Positions 1 to 12,400 of a DNA stretch of 32,381 bases are shown one piece after another. Below the pieces are notes generated by a model. It was not told where the DNA came from. It ran no database searches and saw only the letters and a program-made list of their open reading frames with translations. A program made the position numbers and the translations under genes. How positions within the stretch are numbered: the stretch's first letter is position 1; each line of letters opens with the position of its first letter. This stretch comes from Psammoneis japonica (taxonomy: Eukaryota). The stretch is from positions 865,138 through 897,518 of the forward strand of contig QPGO01000006.1 in assembly GCA_008632985.1 (NCBI GenBank), given 5' to 3'.

Positions 1-1456
1 TGTGGTTGTGGAAATTGTGGTGGTTCCCAGAATTCTCATGGAGGTGCATCCCGCCATTGTTTGAATCAAAATGGCACCCAAGCCAACAATGATGCGCAAG
101 GCCATGGAAATCTGGCTGGATCAGCTCCTCCTGGTGGCTGGCAAATGGAGTTGCACCATTTTGATCAAGGAGGGCCTCATGAGATGCAAGGTGGAAATGG
201 GTGCAATCAAGGCAGTCGTTTTCCACAAAGCCAACAAAGTTGGTGCAACTGATGTGGGACGGAAGTGCCCAAGTCAGAGTGTGTCACTCAATCTTTTCAT
301 GTTTTGTGTGATTGTGAAAATTGTTTGTGTTTTAATGTGGATGAAAGTGTTGGAAACCTGATGGAGTCCTGTGCTGTGAATGACAAGAATTGGGCGGCAC
401 TTTGGAGTGTGCCATGCCAACCCCAAAAACTGCAACTCCCAAACCAATGAATGTGGTGCCTGCAACGTTGATGGCTTTGCGCACAATTCAGAATCAAGAG
501 AGTGAGCAACAAGTGTTGTGAGCACTTTTAGATTCTGGAGGCACTGCTGACACCCTTGTGCATTCTCAAGTTTCACCCAAGGGAGCCAATCCAATGGCAA
601 ATGACAAGGGATGAATGAGTTTCGAGACTGCAGCTGGATGGCATGAATCATCCCGGCATGTTGTCATGAAGGATCTGGTGCTTCCTGATTTTGATAAATC
701 CAAACAAGTGGATGGTGTTGTTGCGCAAGTTTTGATTCTTCCTGCAAGTGCAACATGACATTGGGTCAAGATTTTCTTGCCAAAGCTGGGACAGTGCTTG
801 ATTTCTGATTTGACATTACAAAGTGGTCAGATGCATCAATCCCAATGAAGCAGTCTAATCATTGGAACAAGGTGCAGAGCTGGTTGGAGACACTTGATGA
901 CCACGAGGAAAGTGATGAGTCTGAAGGAGATTTGCAGGTTGAAAGTTGCATGTTGGATGCCAAGCATGAAAAGGTTTCAACAGGAAAAGCAGCTCAAGCT
1001 CAAACGCATTTGACCATGGAACAATGTAGCCAATTGCAGGCCGTGCTTGAAAAGCATGAAACTCTTTTTGATGGCACACTCGGCAAGTGTCCGCATGAGA
1101 CAGTCCATTTGGAAGTTGATCCCAATGCTGTTCCCTTTCATTCTAAAGCCCGTGAAGTGTCAAAGAATGATGAGGAAGTTTTTAAAAGGGAGTTGAAGCC
1201 TCTCTGAGACATTGGAGTTTAAGAACAAGTGGATCCAATGGAGTGGGCAGCTGGAACGTTTGTCACTCCCAAGAAGGATGGACGAGTGCAACGGGTGTCC
1301 AATTTTTGAGGACTTAACAAGGTCCTTCGACACAAGGTCTGCCCCTTGCCTGTTGTTCAAGATGTGATTCATTGATGCTCAGGGTGCAAATTTCTAACCA
1401 AGCTGGACCCCACAATGTTTCACTGCCATGTTGAACTTGACGAGGAATCCAAGGAC
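1..1456 (+). mobile_element. Degenerate Ty3/Gypsy LTR retrotransposon fragment (gag tail, aspartic protease, N-terminal reverse transcriptase)
   Basis: Protease motif ALLDSGG at 522-542, followed by ...KCNMTLGQDFL (canonical YDMILGRDFL). Then ETLFDGTLGKCPHETVHLE and RT-like EWAAGTFVTPKKDGRV...F*GLNK...KVCPLP...GCKFLTKLD...ELDEESKD at ~1241-1456, where homology stops abruptly. Protease directly before RT is the Gypsy order. Contains stops and frameshifts. Confidence 0.9.
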
Positions 1457-1849
1457 CAAGGAAGAAATGAGAGCCACCCAGCAGCAAGAGAGCTGCTTCC
1501 AGCTCAGTTTGGTTTTCCCCATTTGGGGATTCCCCAAAATGGCCAGGGCAAGAGGGGGGTTACATTCCCCTTCTGGGGAATTCCCGGGAAATGAGGGCAA
1601 TTTTGAGGGAAAGAATGTCTGAAAGAGGTCAGGGGAGGGGAACAAAAAACGAGTGGAATCCGGCAATTCTGAATTGATTTGGCTCAGGCGCAAGTGCTTT
1701 TTTTATCTTCTGCGGTCGATCGAACTTACACAGCAGCTCTAGAGTGGCGGAGCAGAGAACTTCATTCACACGGCACTCCAGGCTGTTGCCATTGCACTGT
1801 AGATTAATCTACTTCGCTGCTGCCACTGCTGTTGATGCCACTGCTGTTT

Positions 1850-2400
1850 TCCATCTCCTCCACATTGACAGAGGCTGGCTTCAAGGTTCTTTGTTGGATC
1901 ATCTCAACCAAGCATTCATTGATCATCCATGGCTCCAAGGCTGCATCATCAATGCCATCATAATTCGGAGGCATTCCAAGGACACACCACCCACCACTTC
2001 AGCCCTTCTGGTGGTCAAGGTTGCTGCTCAACATGGTGCAAGTAACGTCATCGTCCACCACACAAAACGTCAAGCCCTCGCACTTCTGCAGCAGCTTGGC
2101 CTCCGCAAATGGATCATTCTTCTTGAGTGGTGGCTTCTCCCAGTCTGCCAGTCAGTGCCTGAACTTCTGTTTTGGGAGATCTCTCATGCTCTGCACGTCC
2201 ACTCCAAATCTCTCAAGACCCAGGTCAAACTTGGCGTCATCATCACCCCGCACACTCCCTTTGCTGGAGTCCAATTTCATCTTCTTGATTCTCTCATGCC
2301 TCACTTCCTGAAGCTGTGCCATGGCACAGATGATGGTCTGCTTCTCCATCTTGTCTCCACTGATGCAAATGTGTCATCCCAGATGCTCATAATTTCTGAG
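1850..2400 (-). mobile_element. Degenerate fragment resembling the C-terminal part of a diatom hAT-like transposase
   Basis: Minus strand reads SGDKMEKQTII...DDDAKFDLGLERFGVDV...LADWEKPPLKKNDPFAEAKLLQKCEGLTF...GGWCVLG. The resemblance is from memory; no catalytic motif is visible. TpA- and CpG-depleted like the other repeats. Confidence 0.4.
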
Positions 2401-2974
2401 AGCTCCTCTTCCTCTGCGACAGCATTGACATGGCTGTCGACACTCATGCAAGCATCATCCTGCTGCTCTTTGTCACTCATGTGCCAACATGTGTTTTTTG
2501 AGAGAAAGTGAACCCCTGCAATGAGAACAAAGATGATGGTGTGCAAAACTGAACAAAAAGATGTGGGTGGGCACATGAAGCATGAACGAAAAGATGCCAG
2601 ATGCACCTCTCAAGAAAAAAACACACCGGATGCGTGGCATCAAAAAGAAAGATGTGTCATCAACGTGACAGCAAACATGTGCTGCATCAACATGGTGCGG
2701 CAACAAAAGAAGGCATTGCAGCTGCAGAGAAGCTGCAGCAGATGTCATTGTGTTGAATGAATGGTGCTCCAAACTCTGCTGAGCACTGCAAGTGCAACAT
2801 CTTTGGGCAATGGGGAAGCACGGGGAATTGCCAATGTGTAAATTTTTGTTTGTGCACTCAGCACACATGTGACGAAGGGCAATTTGTGGCAATTCCCATG
2901 GAGTTCACCCTTTCCACAGCAAAACAGGGTAAAAGGTGGTGATCCCAGGGAACTTTGGGCAAAAACATGGTGAA

Positions 2975-3510
2975 ACCAAACTGAGCATGTTGCCCAGCAA
3001 TTTGAGAGCTGTTGGTTGTCTTGCCATCTTTGCCCAAACCAATGCATCCATGACAATGGTGGTGAATTTGTTGCAGAAGACTTTCAGTTGTTGCTGCAAC
3101 AGGCTGGAGTGGATGATGCACCCGCCACTTCACGGAATGCACAGTCCGATGCAGCATGCGAACACATGCATCAAACAGCCAGCAATGTCTTGTGCACTTT
3201 GCTTCATGTTCATCCTCCACAGAATGTTGGACAAGCAGGACAACTGGTGGACAATGCCCTGCCTGGCTGCAGCTGTGCATGCTGTGCAATGTCTCCTGGA
3301 GCTGTGGCATTCCATCGTGATGTGATTTTGGATCTTCCTGTGCCAGCAGATCTTGCTGCTGTTCAAGAACATCAACAAGCTCTTGTCAACGCAAATCTGC
3401 ACAGAGTGAATGCCAAATGCTGATCCTGAGACTTTCAAGTGGGCAGACAAGTTCCATTGAAGACCATTGATCCCACCAAGCTTGCACCAAGAGCTCTCAT
3501 GGTCCACACC
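2975..3510 (+). mobile_element. Degenerate Gypsy-type integrase (rve core and C-terminal region)
   Basis: HVAQQFESCWLSCHLCPNQCIHDNGGEF...TSRNAQSDAACEHMHQT...SPGAVAFHRDVILDLP...DFQVG matches the Gypsy integrase pattern WLSRYPRP..CIHDNGGEF...NPQSNAICERMHQT, with CpG- and TpA-type substitutions. Confidence 0.88.
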
Positions 3511-3519
3511 CCATTGTGC

Positions 3520-5037
3520 AAGTGCGTGCCAACGCACCTCACGCAGTCAAGCGCATCAACATTCGGTGCATTGCACCACATTGAGTTTGAGGTTGAGGGT
3601 TTTCTTCCCTCCACTTGGGTTTCCCTTTCTCTTCTCATTGGAGTTTGAATTGAAATTTAACAGTTTGGAGCCCCTCATGATTCTCCTGCTCCAAATCATG
3701 GAAGGGAAGAGTGCTGGTGCAGTGTCGCGCACCCTGTTTTTCTGACATGTGGCATTGATGATTGCATTGGATGTCAAAGGGAGCCGTTGCAACAGGCTTT
3801 GCCAATTGGCTCAGCTGATTGCGACCTGGTTCCCTTGGTCTTCTCTCACAACTTTGTTGTCACCAACGTCTTTGTCTTGTTTGACCTTGCAGGACATGAG
3901 CGAAATGTCCGAGAGACATTGTTTGGACATTGGTGCAAATGTCACAGCAGCAACACGTCACAGTGCGGCCCGTGCTTTTCTCACAACACCCCAAAATTTG
4001 TCCCATCGTGGTTTCTTGTGTTGAAGTGAAACAGTGCAAAACACAGCATGAGACACCAACAAGCAACGCCCCACGTCACAGTTTTCTCAAAAAATGTTGC
4101 TCATCACTTGTGGTGATGTGGCCGGGACAACTCAACATCACGCAGAAAAGACTGCCCCTCATGTTTAGAAGAGCAACATTCTTGTGTCTCATCAGACATT
4201 GTCTTGCTAAAAGAGTGAACAACATTTCTGCAGCATCATGTCAAAATGGACACAACTTCATTTTTTTTAAGAAAAAACCCTTTTTTTGCAGTGTGGACGC
4301 ATGTCCACTTCTCAACACATGGCGGAAGATGTGTCCACAAAAGAAATAAAAAACAGCGACATCAACAAAACAATGTGGACATCAGTTGGAATGCACCCTG
4401 TGCCTCTGGGTTTTGATGCAATGAACCCAATGGACGCAACCCTGCATCACCTGCCCACAAATGTCATTTCTGCAAAAACAATGTCTGGCCACACTGAGTG
4501 CAGGAGTGCATCAGTTTTGAGGCAGAAAATGCAATGGAGATCTTTGGCGCAGGTGCCAAAAGCACTTGTTGTGCATGACGGATGAAGAGTGTGGCGATGC
4601 CACTTCAAAGTTCAACGCTGATCAAGAGAAAAGAAATGGATGACATTTCATGTCACTTGCTCCATGCTCACTTTGACTTCAGCAAAAGCAGTCACAAAAT
4701 TGGAGCCCTCAGCCCACTGTGCTGCCACCTTCCATTCCCACCTTTGTCACCTCGGCTCCCTTCACCTTCCCAACCGAAATGATTTGCAGCTCTGGAAGAC
4801 AATGACAACTGCTTGGGTCACGCCAATGAATTTAGACTGCCAGCCATGTCTCTGTCCATTTTGATGAGCTTCTGCTTTCTGGGCAAGATGTTTCCGAGAC
4901 ACAAGTTTTCCCAGAGTCAAGTCAGCTTCTCCTGCTGCTGAAACCAGCTGTTGACCAAAAGTGGTTGTCCAGGCCTCCGCAGTCTTCTTTTCTTTCTGCG
5001 AAGCGCGCCACCAGCCATAAAGACCTACGTGGGTTAA
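3520..5037. mobile_element. Unclassified degenerate repeat DNA, possibly ending in a piggyBac-type terminus (GGG-TTAA)
   Basis: Same TpA/CpG-depleted composition as the recognised transposon fragments, with no recognisable protein. Composition returns to normal at ~5015-5040, where CCTACGTGGG|TTAA occurs. Confidence 0.4.
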
Positions 5038-5171
5038 GTGCCAGGTCTACAGAGCATTCCCAGTGGTGTTATCACAGTACGGTACTGTACACAGTAACTA
5101 GCTAGTAGGCATAAATAACTGAAATGACCAAACTCAGTCATTTTCGGGAATGTCCCCGACGATGAGAACAC

Positions 5172-6320
5172 CGTCGATGCGAACCCATGTTCCTCATTTT
5201 TTTGGTTCGCGGTTCATGGTAGACTCTACACGCTCACAAAAAAGTTATTCAGAATACGTTGAACATGCATTGTTGATGAACACCTTTTCGTCAGCAGAAA
5301 AAGCAAAGAAGAGAATACGCAAGCTCAAGAAAACAAAGTGAGTATCATGTCGTGCGCTGCCTTCAAAACAACTCTGTTGCCTTTCTTCAATGATCCTTCT
5401 TGCGCATCTCTTGTTTCTCCTTCTTGAACAGAAAAACAAAAGAAGGAAGAAGAGGTAGGTCCACAGTCGATGCGAACCCATCCCTCAACTTTTTTGTTCG
5501 ACCATACACCGCTCACTGTAACTTTTTTATAATACCTGAACCACTTTCAGAGTGGTGAGCATCGCATCGTTTGCTCTTCGGCTCGTCGCATCGCTCGCTT
5601 GTCATCGGAAACAGCCATATCTTGCTTCCTCTTCTCCTTTCGATGAAATTGCTCTCACTCACCCTATTCATGATGTTGCCATGCTGAACCACAGATTTAA
5701 AAGCAGAAAAGGCATCAAAGGAGAGAAGACACAAGGGCAAGAAAGCAAAGTGAGTATCATGTCGTGCGCTGCCTACAGCAATTCTGTTGCCTTTCTTCAA
5801 TCATCCTCCTTGCACATCTCTCGTTTCTCCTTCTTGAACAGAAAAAAACAAAAGAAAGAAGAAGAGGTAGGACCACAAATTGATGCGAACCCATCCCTCA
5901 ACTTTTTTCGTTCGCCCATACACCGATCACCGTAACTTTTTCATAATACCTGAACCACTTTCAGAGTGGTGCATCGCATCGTTTGCTCTTCGGCTTTTCG
6001 TATCGCTCCATTGTCATCGGAGACAGCCACTACGTACATAGAGAGGACTCAGATTTATAACTTGCATCATCGTTTCCTCTTTCGATGAAACTCCTCTCAC
6101 CCTATCCATGTTGTTACCGTGCTGAACTGCAGATTGAAAAGCAGCAAAGAAAGCAAAGGAGAGAAGACGCAAGCGCAAGAAAAAAAAGTAAGTATCATGG
6201 CATGGGATGCAATCATCAATGAGGAATCCACTCTGTCATAATGCTTTTTATTATCGCTCGGCATCTCTCGTTTTTCCCTCCTGAACCTGAACAGAAAAAA
6301 GAAAAGAAGAAGTGGTAGGT
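5172..6320 (+). repeat. Diverged tandem repeat, ~412-438 bp unit, about 2.5-3 copies, containing splice-site-flanked purine-rich segments
   Basis: GT(G/A)AGTATCATG recurs at 5338, 5750 and 6188; GATGCGAACCCAT at ~5176, ~5469 and ~5882; ATAATACCTGAACCACTTTCAGAGTGGTG occurs twice. Confidence 0.92.
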
Positions 6321-6433
6321 CAGAAGTCCACCATGACACTGTGGATTCGTCGCATGCTTTCTTAACGCGAAAACGCTTTGGCTAAACTTCTCACTTTCAC
6401 TCTCTTCTTTTAGATTGAATCATGCCTTTAAGC

Positions 6434-9400
6434 ATGAAGAGTTTGGTGGTGGCGGCAGTGGCGGTGGTCACGTTAATGGGAGGAGGAGTCAGGGGCTCTA
6501 ACCCGGTACGTAACAATAGCTGAAATCGTCCTTCTCATTGTTACGTTCGCTTGCACCAGAAGCAATCGCTTGTAGTATGCATGATGATATGCCATCCGTC
6601 GTTCTCTTAGCACTAAGATGAACATGTTGTGAGAACGACGGCGCGCATCTTTCTCATTTTTAGTACCTATGGTTGGAAACGGGCCTTGTCTGTCCTTAAC
6701 TCGTTCGACGACTCTCGATACAGTATGTAATTTCATCCAAGCGAGCCGTTGCTTTTATTGCTAACTCATCATTCCCTTTCTCTACACCAGAGCGTGCGTC
6801 GAGTCCACATTAAGGAGGAAGATGAAGGAAAAAACCGTCGCTTGCATACCGGTGCGGAGGAGCGTGTCGAGGGAAGTCTTCGCGCGCTTAACACCTTCCA
6901 ACGTCCCAGCTTCAAGAACGGCAAAACCGCAAAGAAAGGCAAAACCGCAAAAAAGGGCAAAGTCACCGACAAGGAAACTCTAATGGTTGCATTTGGAGGC
7001 ATCGATAGCGCCCTATCGCTAGAGAAAGGCCGGATTGATCTGCAATGGAGCCCAGCGGAGTGTTGGTGGGTCGACAAGGACAACAACGTTGATATCCGCG
7101 ACTGTGCAACCCAGTACTATGTCTTTTGCAAACCTGCTGAGGACACTACTCAAGAATGGAACTGTAACGATGTCGATAGTATCTTGCAACAGAACTCGGC
7201 TGTCGAAACCGATGGAATGCAGTACAGCATAGACGGTTTGACCGAAAACGAGTCATACACTGTGCTGGTACTGGCGGCATCGGATATTACTCTATCGCCA
7301 GTTTGTCATGCAAAGACCATTACTGTGACTGGAAAACAAGCAAAACTCGACGACGGTGTTGTTGTCAAGAATCTTGAAACCACTGCCTCGCTGACGGGTC
7401 CAACCCTTACTGTCAGTGGAAGCCCAGCTTTTGAGGTCGGTGATTACGCAACAGGAACCGATAGTTTGACTGGGATTCCTTACCTGGTCCTCGTCTTGGC
7501 AGTCGTTGAAGAAACGTCTTCCAGCTGTGTGGCACTCGTCAGAGATGCGTACCCCACCGAAGTTTTTGAAGACCTATCTATATCCTTGAGCTTTTCGGAT
7601 CTTATTCATCAAGAGCAAGGTAGTCGCAGACGATCTCGTCTCCGTCGGCTCAAAGACGACGGAGAGTCCATCCTAGAGAAATTGGATCTTAATAAAAAAA
7701 AACCACCTAAGGAGCAAGCAGACCCATCGAAGGCTATTGAATGCGACGCAGGCTTCACTTTCGAAGTGGAATTACTCGCCGGCTTTCGACCAATCCTCGA
7801 CGGCAGCATCGACATCGGCAGGGACCGCCAATACTTCAAGCTTTCCTTTGGCTTTGAATTTTCAGCGACGACGGGAACTAAACTGGACTTCGAAGCCAAG
7901 TGCAAATTCAACCCGGATTCTTATGAAGTATTCAAGACGCCTATCACAAAAGTGATATGGGTGTATTATGTACCGGTACTCATCGAAGTCATATTTGAAT
8001 TGTCGCTTGAGTTCGAAAACGAGATTAAAGGCAAACTCAGTTTTGATGCAGACCTTACATTTGCGTACACAAAGCTGTATTCTATCGTGTATGATAGTGA
8101 TCGGACAAACAAGTTCTTTGCTGACGACGAAAGTCCAGATCCCAGTTTAGAGCCCACTATCAGCGCCCGACTGGAAGCCGGCTTCCGATCTTACGCTGGT
8201 CTTCGTTTCACTGCCGATCTGATCTTTTACAAGCTTGTTGGGTTCCGTGGTGATTTGGCCCTCGGTCTAGAATTCTCCGGCAACGGTGAACAGGACTTAC
8301 TTGATGACACCCGCTTCTACTTGAAGAAGTTCCAGTTAGATTTAGTTCCCACGATTGAGCTGCAGGGTGTGTTGCCGAACCTAGATGGACCAACGGATTG
8401 CTTTGACGACTGTAAGGAAAGTCCAGAATGTGACACTGAGAAGTCGACCTTTGACAAAGATGAGTGCGAATCTTGCATCGATAAATGCGTCTCCGAGGAT
8501 GGCTTTTACGATTACCCGAAGATCGTTGGTGTGCCGATCAAAACGATCCATCTTTTTAAGCTGCCCGAAGTCGCTTTCAGGCCTGGAGTCGAATGCATGA
8601 ATGATCGGATAGCGGCGAAGTACGAGGCTTACATTCTTCCTTTTGGTGTCCAAACTGATGTGATATTTCCTCAGTCACTTGAGGGAACGCAGAAGAAGAA
8701 TTGGTTCCCTACGTGGGACACCGGAACCGAGCATACTGATTGGGATATAAGTGACCAGCATAGCAAAGAGGTCAAGCTGATTGCTGATCTGACGAAAGAC
8801 CCCCCCGCTCTACCAGATGAGACTTTGGTCTTTGAATTCACTCCCGAATATCCTGGGCTGAGCTATGTTTTTGCAAAAGTTGACTTGGGACTTGTCAAAT
8901 ACGGACCGTTTTTTAGCTCTATAGCCGAGGGTTGCTACTACTCATATGAATGTGGAAACGATGACATCACGGGGAGTTGTCGGCCAGGTTGCACGGCCCT
9001 CGACAAAGAGCTTGCTAGCGACACTAAATGTCGAGATGGCCTGTCATGCTGTAGTCAGGGGACGCTTTCATGCAAAGCTGGTTCACTACAGGGATACTGT
9101 CAAGATGCCGACACATGCCTGTCGAGTCCTCTTCAGCCTTCTGTGATGCTCCCAACAACAGAAGACCCCACAATCAATGGTGAATGCACCAACTGCTGTA
9201 TCCACTTAGTTCCATGTGTCGCAAATGGAGGGAGTGAGGAAGGTGTTTGCGTTGCAAACGAGGACTCCGAGTCTTGTGTACAGGACGGTGGCTACTTTGT
9301 CGATGGATCCCCATGCAGCGATGGCAATGCAAAGTGCTGCATCAAGAGTCCGCTCGTTTGCGAGCATGGCGGACAAAATGGCGAGTGCCTCGATCCTATT

Positions 9401-12400
9401 AAATGTGACAATAGTCTTGGCATCTCTTTTCCTCATGGGAGATGTTCGAACGCTTCGCCAGGCGGGATGAAGTGCTGTGTGCGCGACTTGAATTGCGCTT
9501 CATCTGACGGCGAACATGATGGAATGTGCCTTGCGGATATTATTTGCGCACGACAAGGCCGCGTTCCTCTGATTGAAGGGTGTCCTGATGGTTCTGAAAG
9601 AGGGGTGTGCTGCATATCCCCGTCAGACGAAAAGTGCGTGGTACATTCGATGTATGTCGGAGATTGCATGTTAAAAGAAAGTTGTGTTGCTTCGGGGCGC
9701 ACTCCTCTTCTCGCCTACTCTGAAGAAAAGCATCGTTGTATCAATGATAGTCACGCATGTTGTGTCACTCCTCCGACTTGCCAAAGTATGGTATCAAATA
9801 AAGAAAGCACACTTGTGGAAGGAGAATGCAAGCACGTCTCGGGTTGTAACTTGAATGCTGTTGCTGAAGATTGCCCTGACGGTGATGGTGATATCAAGTG
9901 CTGCATGGATCTACCCCCATGCAATGTAGAAGGTGTAGCTGGCCAGTGTATGGACCGCGACCTTTGCGACACAGACAATGGGGGTAAAATCCATGACGAC
10001 GAATGCCCTGGCAGCTCACAAATCAAGTGCTGTACAACCTTGTCAACCTGCAAAGTAGGAAACAACGTGGGTAACTGTGTGTGGAAAAGCGATGGCTGCA
10101 ATGGTATTCTCGCGGATAGTAACGACTGTCCAGATTCGGATCAAATTGGTTGCTGCCTTCCGTCGCCACCCGCGTGTAAAGTGGGGGATGTTATTGGAAA
10201 GTGCGGCACTGTGTCGTCGTGCGGTGACCAACTCGTCGCAAATGAATCTTGCCCTGGGGATACTGGCGACTCCGGTTGCTGTGTGGATCTTCCACCGTGT
10301 GAAATAGACAGCATTGGTGGGCTTTGCATCAGCAAGCAATGGGGCGAATGCAATGGTTTGCTTTTGAAAAACCTCGGTGGTTGCCCTGGAGGTGATCTTG
10401 TTGGGTGTTGTATCCCCCCAACCTCGTGCACTTTCGACGGTGTCACGGGCTCGTGTGTCGTTGGCGACGAATGCTTGCAAGATGCGGAGCTTCCAATACA
10501 CGCAAATCTGTGCCCCAACGATATTGGCTGTTGCGTTTCCCTCCCGGAATGCACAGCTGATGATACCAAGGGCAAGTGTATGCCCCACGGGGACTGCACG
10601 GGAGTTTCATGGTTTTCCAGTGACTGTCCGTACGATTTTTCGGCCGTTGGCTGTTGCCTACCCACGCCCTGCTTTTTCGATGATGTTCGCGGGGCCTGTG
10701 TTCCCGACGAACAGTGTGCACAGGATGGTGCCTTTGTAATACACGTCGATTGCCCGAACGATATTGGTTGTTGCGTTTCTCTTCCAGATTGCAGTGTGGG
10801 AGACACCGAGGGCAAGTGTATGCCGCATGATGACTGCACAGGAGCATCGTTCCTCTCGAACGATTGTCCCTATGACGATCTTGTGGTTGGATGTTGTATT
10901 CACGAGACCCAAGAACTCAACTGGGACGGTTTCCCTTGCGGACCGGAAGATATCCCGCCTCTGAACCTCAACAAGAATCCAAACGATCTTGAATATCCAA
11001 GCTACCTTTCCATACCTGGTGAACCTGACCTTTGCTTCATTCGATTGACAGACGATATCGCTAAGCCGGCAGCTGCGTCAGCTTTCGCATCATTTGCTTT
11101 TGATGAGAGCAATGCGGGATACACATTTTCAATGACCGCAAAATATCGTATTTATGGCGCAGATGACGGGTCTGCGGACGGTCTAGCTTTTGTGATACAC
11201 CAGAGTCAAGATGGCGAATCTGCTCTTGGAGGCCAAGGTCGGAACATGGGTGTCTATGCCGCAACGAATGGCATAGCACCTGCACTTGTTGTCGAACTGG
11301 ATACTTGTAAGTGATCACGTCTGAAACGTTAAATAATCTGTGAAAGCGACCTCCCACTTTTTCCTGAAAATGCTCTTTCCTTTCACATACAGATGAGAAT
11401 CTCGATAGCCTGGACAAGGGAGAGGATAGCATCCATGTGGTGCGAGTGCATGAGGACTCAACGTTGGAGCAACTCGCCCAAAGTCAGGGCGGACTTCCCA
11501 TTCGTACCGATGACACTGGCGCGCAGCATGGCCGCATTTGGATTGACTATTGTGGCGGTGGCATCCTCAAGGTCTATTGGAACAATAGTGGGGACAGCAA
11601 ACCAACGGTGTCGACTGTTGTTGCCAACGTTGATTTGGCACAAATCTTTTCGTCGGCCCAAGTGTTTGTTGGCTTTACGTCAGCTACGTACATGGAAGCA
11701 GACTTCCACGATATTTTGTCCTTTTCCTTCAAGCAGACCTGTCCTCTAACTATGGAAACTTGCCAATTTCACATAGCCGAAACACTTCTCGACTGGGAAC
11801 AGCACCAAGCCGCCGCGCTAGCTCAGAATTGCAACCTGGCATCAATATTGAGTATGGAAGAGAACATTCGAGCTCTGGAACTGATACGGGCTAGTTCGTT
11901 GGAAGGTGTGGATTCTATTTGGTTGGGAGGAAAGTACCGCGCAGGTGCCACGCACGGCCAGCCCGGCCCCGAGAACTGGGAATGGGCTGATGGTTCCGTG
12001 TGGGAGTATGAGAACTTCCATGAACATCAACCGGATGGATTGTCTTGGCAATCGCTGGCATTGACGTACTGGAAGGGGGGGGCGTACAATTTCGCGTGGG
12101 ATGACGATGTCGCCACCAAGTCTCTTCCCGCATTGTACAAATGTTGCGGGATCTCAACATGCGCGCAACCAAATTCCTGCTTTGACAGCAAACACGATCT
12201 TTTTGACGCAGTCGACCAAGTCCTTGCAGATCCAGTGGAGGCGGAAAGCGCCCTTGCGGGAAGCTACGGCTGGCCAATGGGTTGCTGGTGTTTCACCTCG
12301 AACATCCAAGATTTTAGCGACCTGTTCTCCAAGGATCGGAATGCCAACGCCGCGACGTTCGATGAAGACATTTCGAGCTGGAATGTTTCCCAAATCACAG

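Noticed and set aside
1744..2511. 255-aa plus-strand ORF and the many other overlapping ORFs in the TE blocks
   Set aside because: No recognisable motifs, antisense to a transposase-like remnant, and explained by loss of TAA/TAG stops in TA-depleted DNA.
1..5037. Classical fungal RIP
   Set aside because: RIP raises TpA and lowers CpA/TpG; here TpA is depleted and CpA/TpG are abundant.
5074..5106. Hairpin ACAGTAC-G-GTACTGT followed by CTAG as a Helitron 3' end
   Set aside because: AT-rich stem built from GTAC/TACTGTAC words that recur in other intergenic parts of the window; no Helitron coding remnant upstream.
5172..6320. CRISPR-like array
   Set aside because: Units are >400 bp diverged duplications, not short identical repeats with unique spacers; no cas genes.
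6749..6790. TTG start of the 1521-aa ORF
   Set aside because: This stretch is the 3' end of an intron (branch GCTAAC, pyrimidine tract, CAG). A proper ATG and signal-peptide exon lies at 6434-6505.
10043..10847. Long antisense ORFs (181 and 232 aa) over the Cys-rich repeats
   Set aside because: Shadow ORFs of the repetitive sense CDS, with no independent features.
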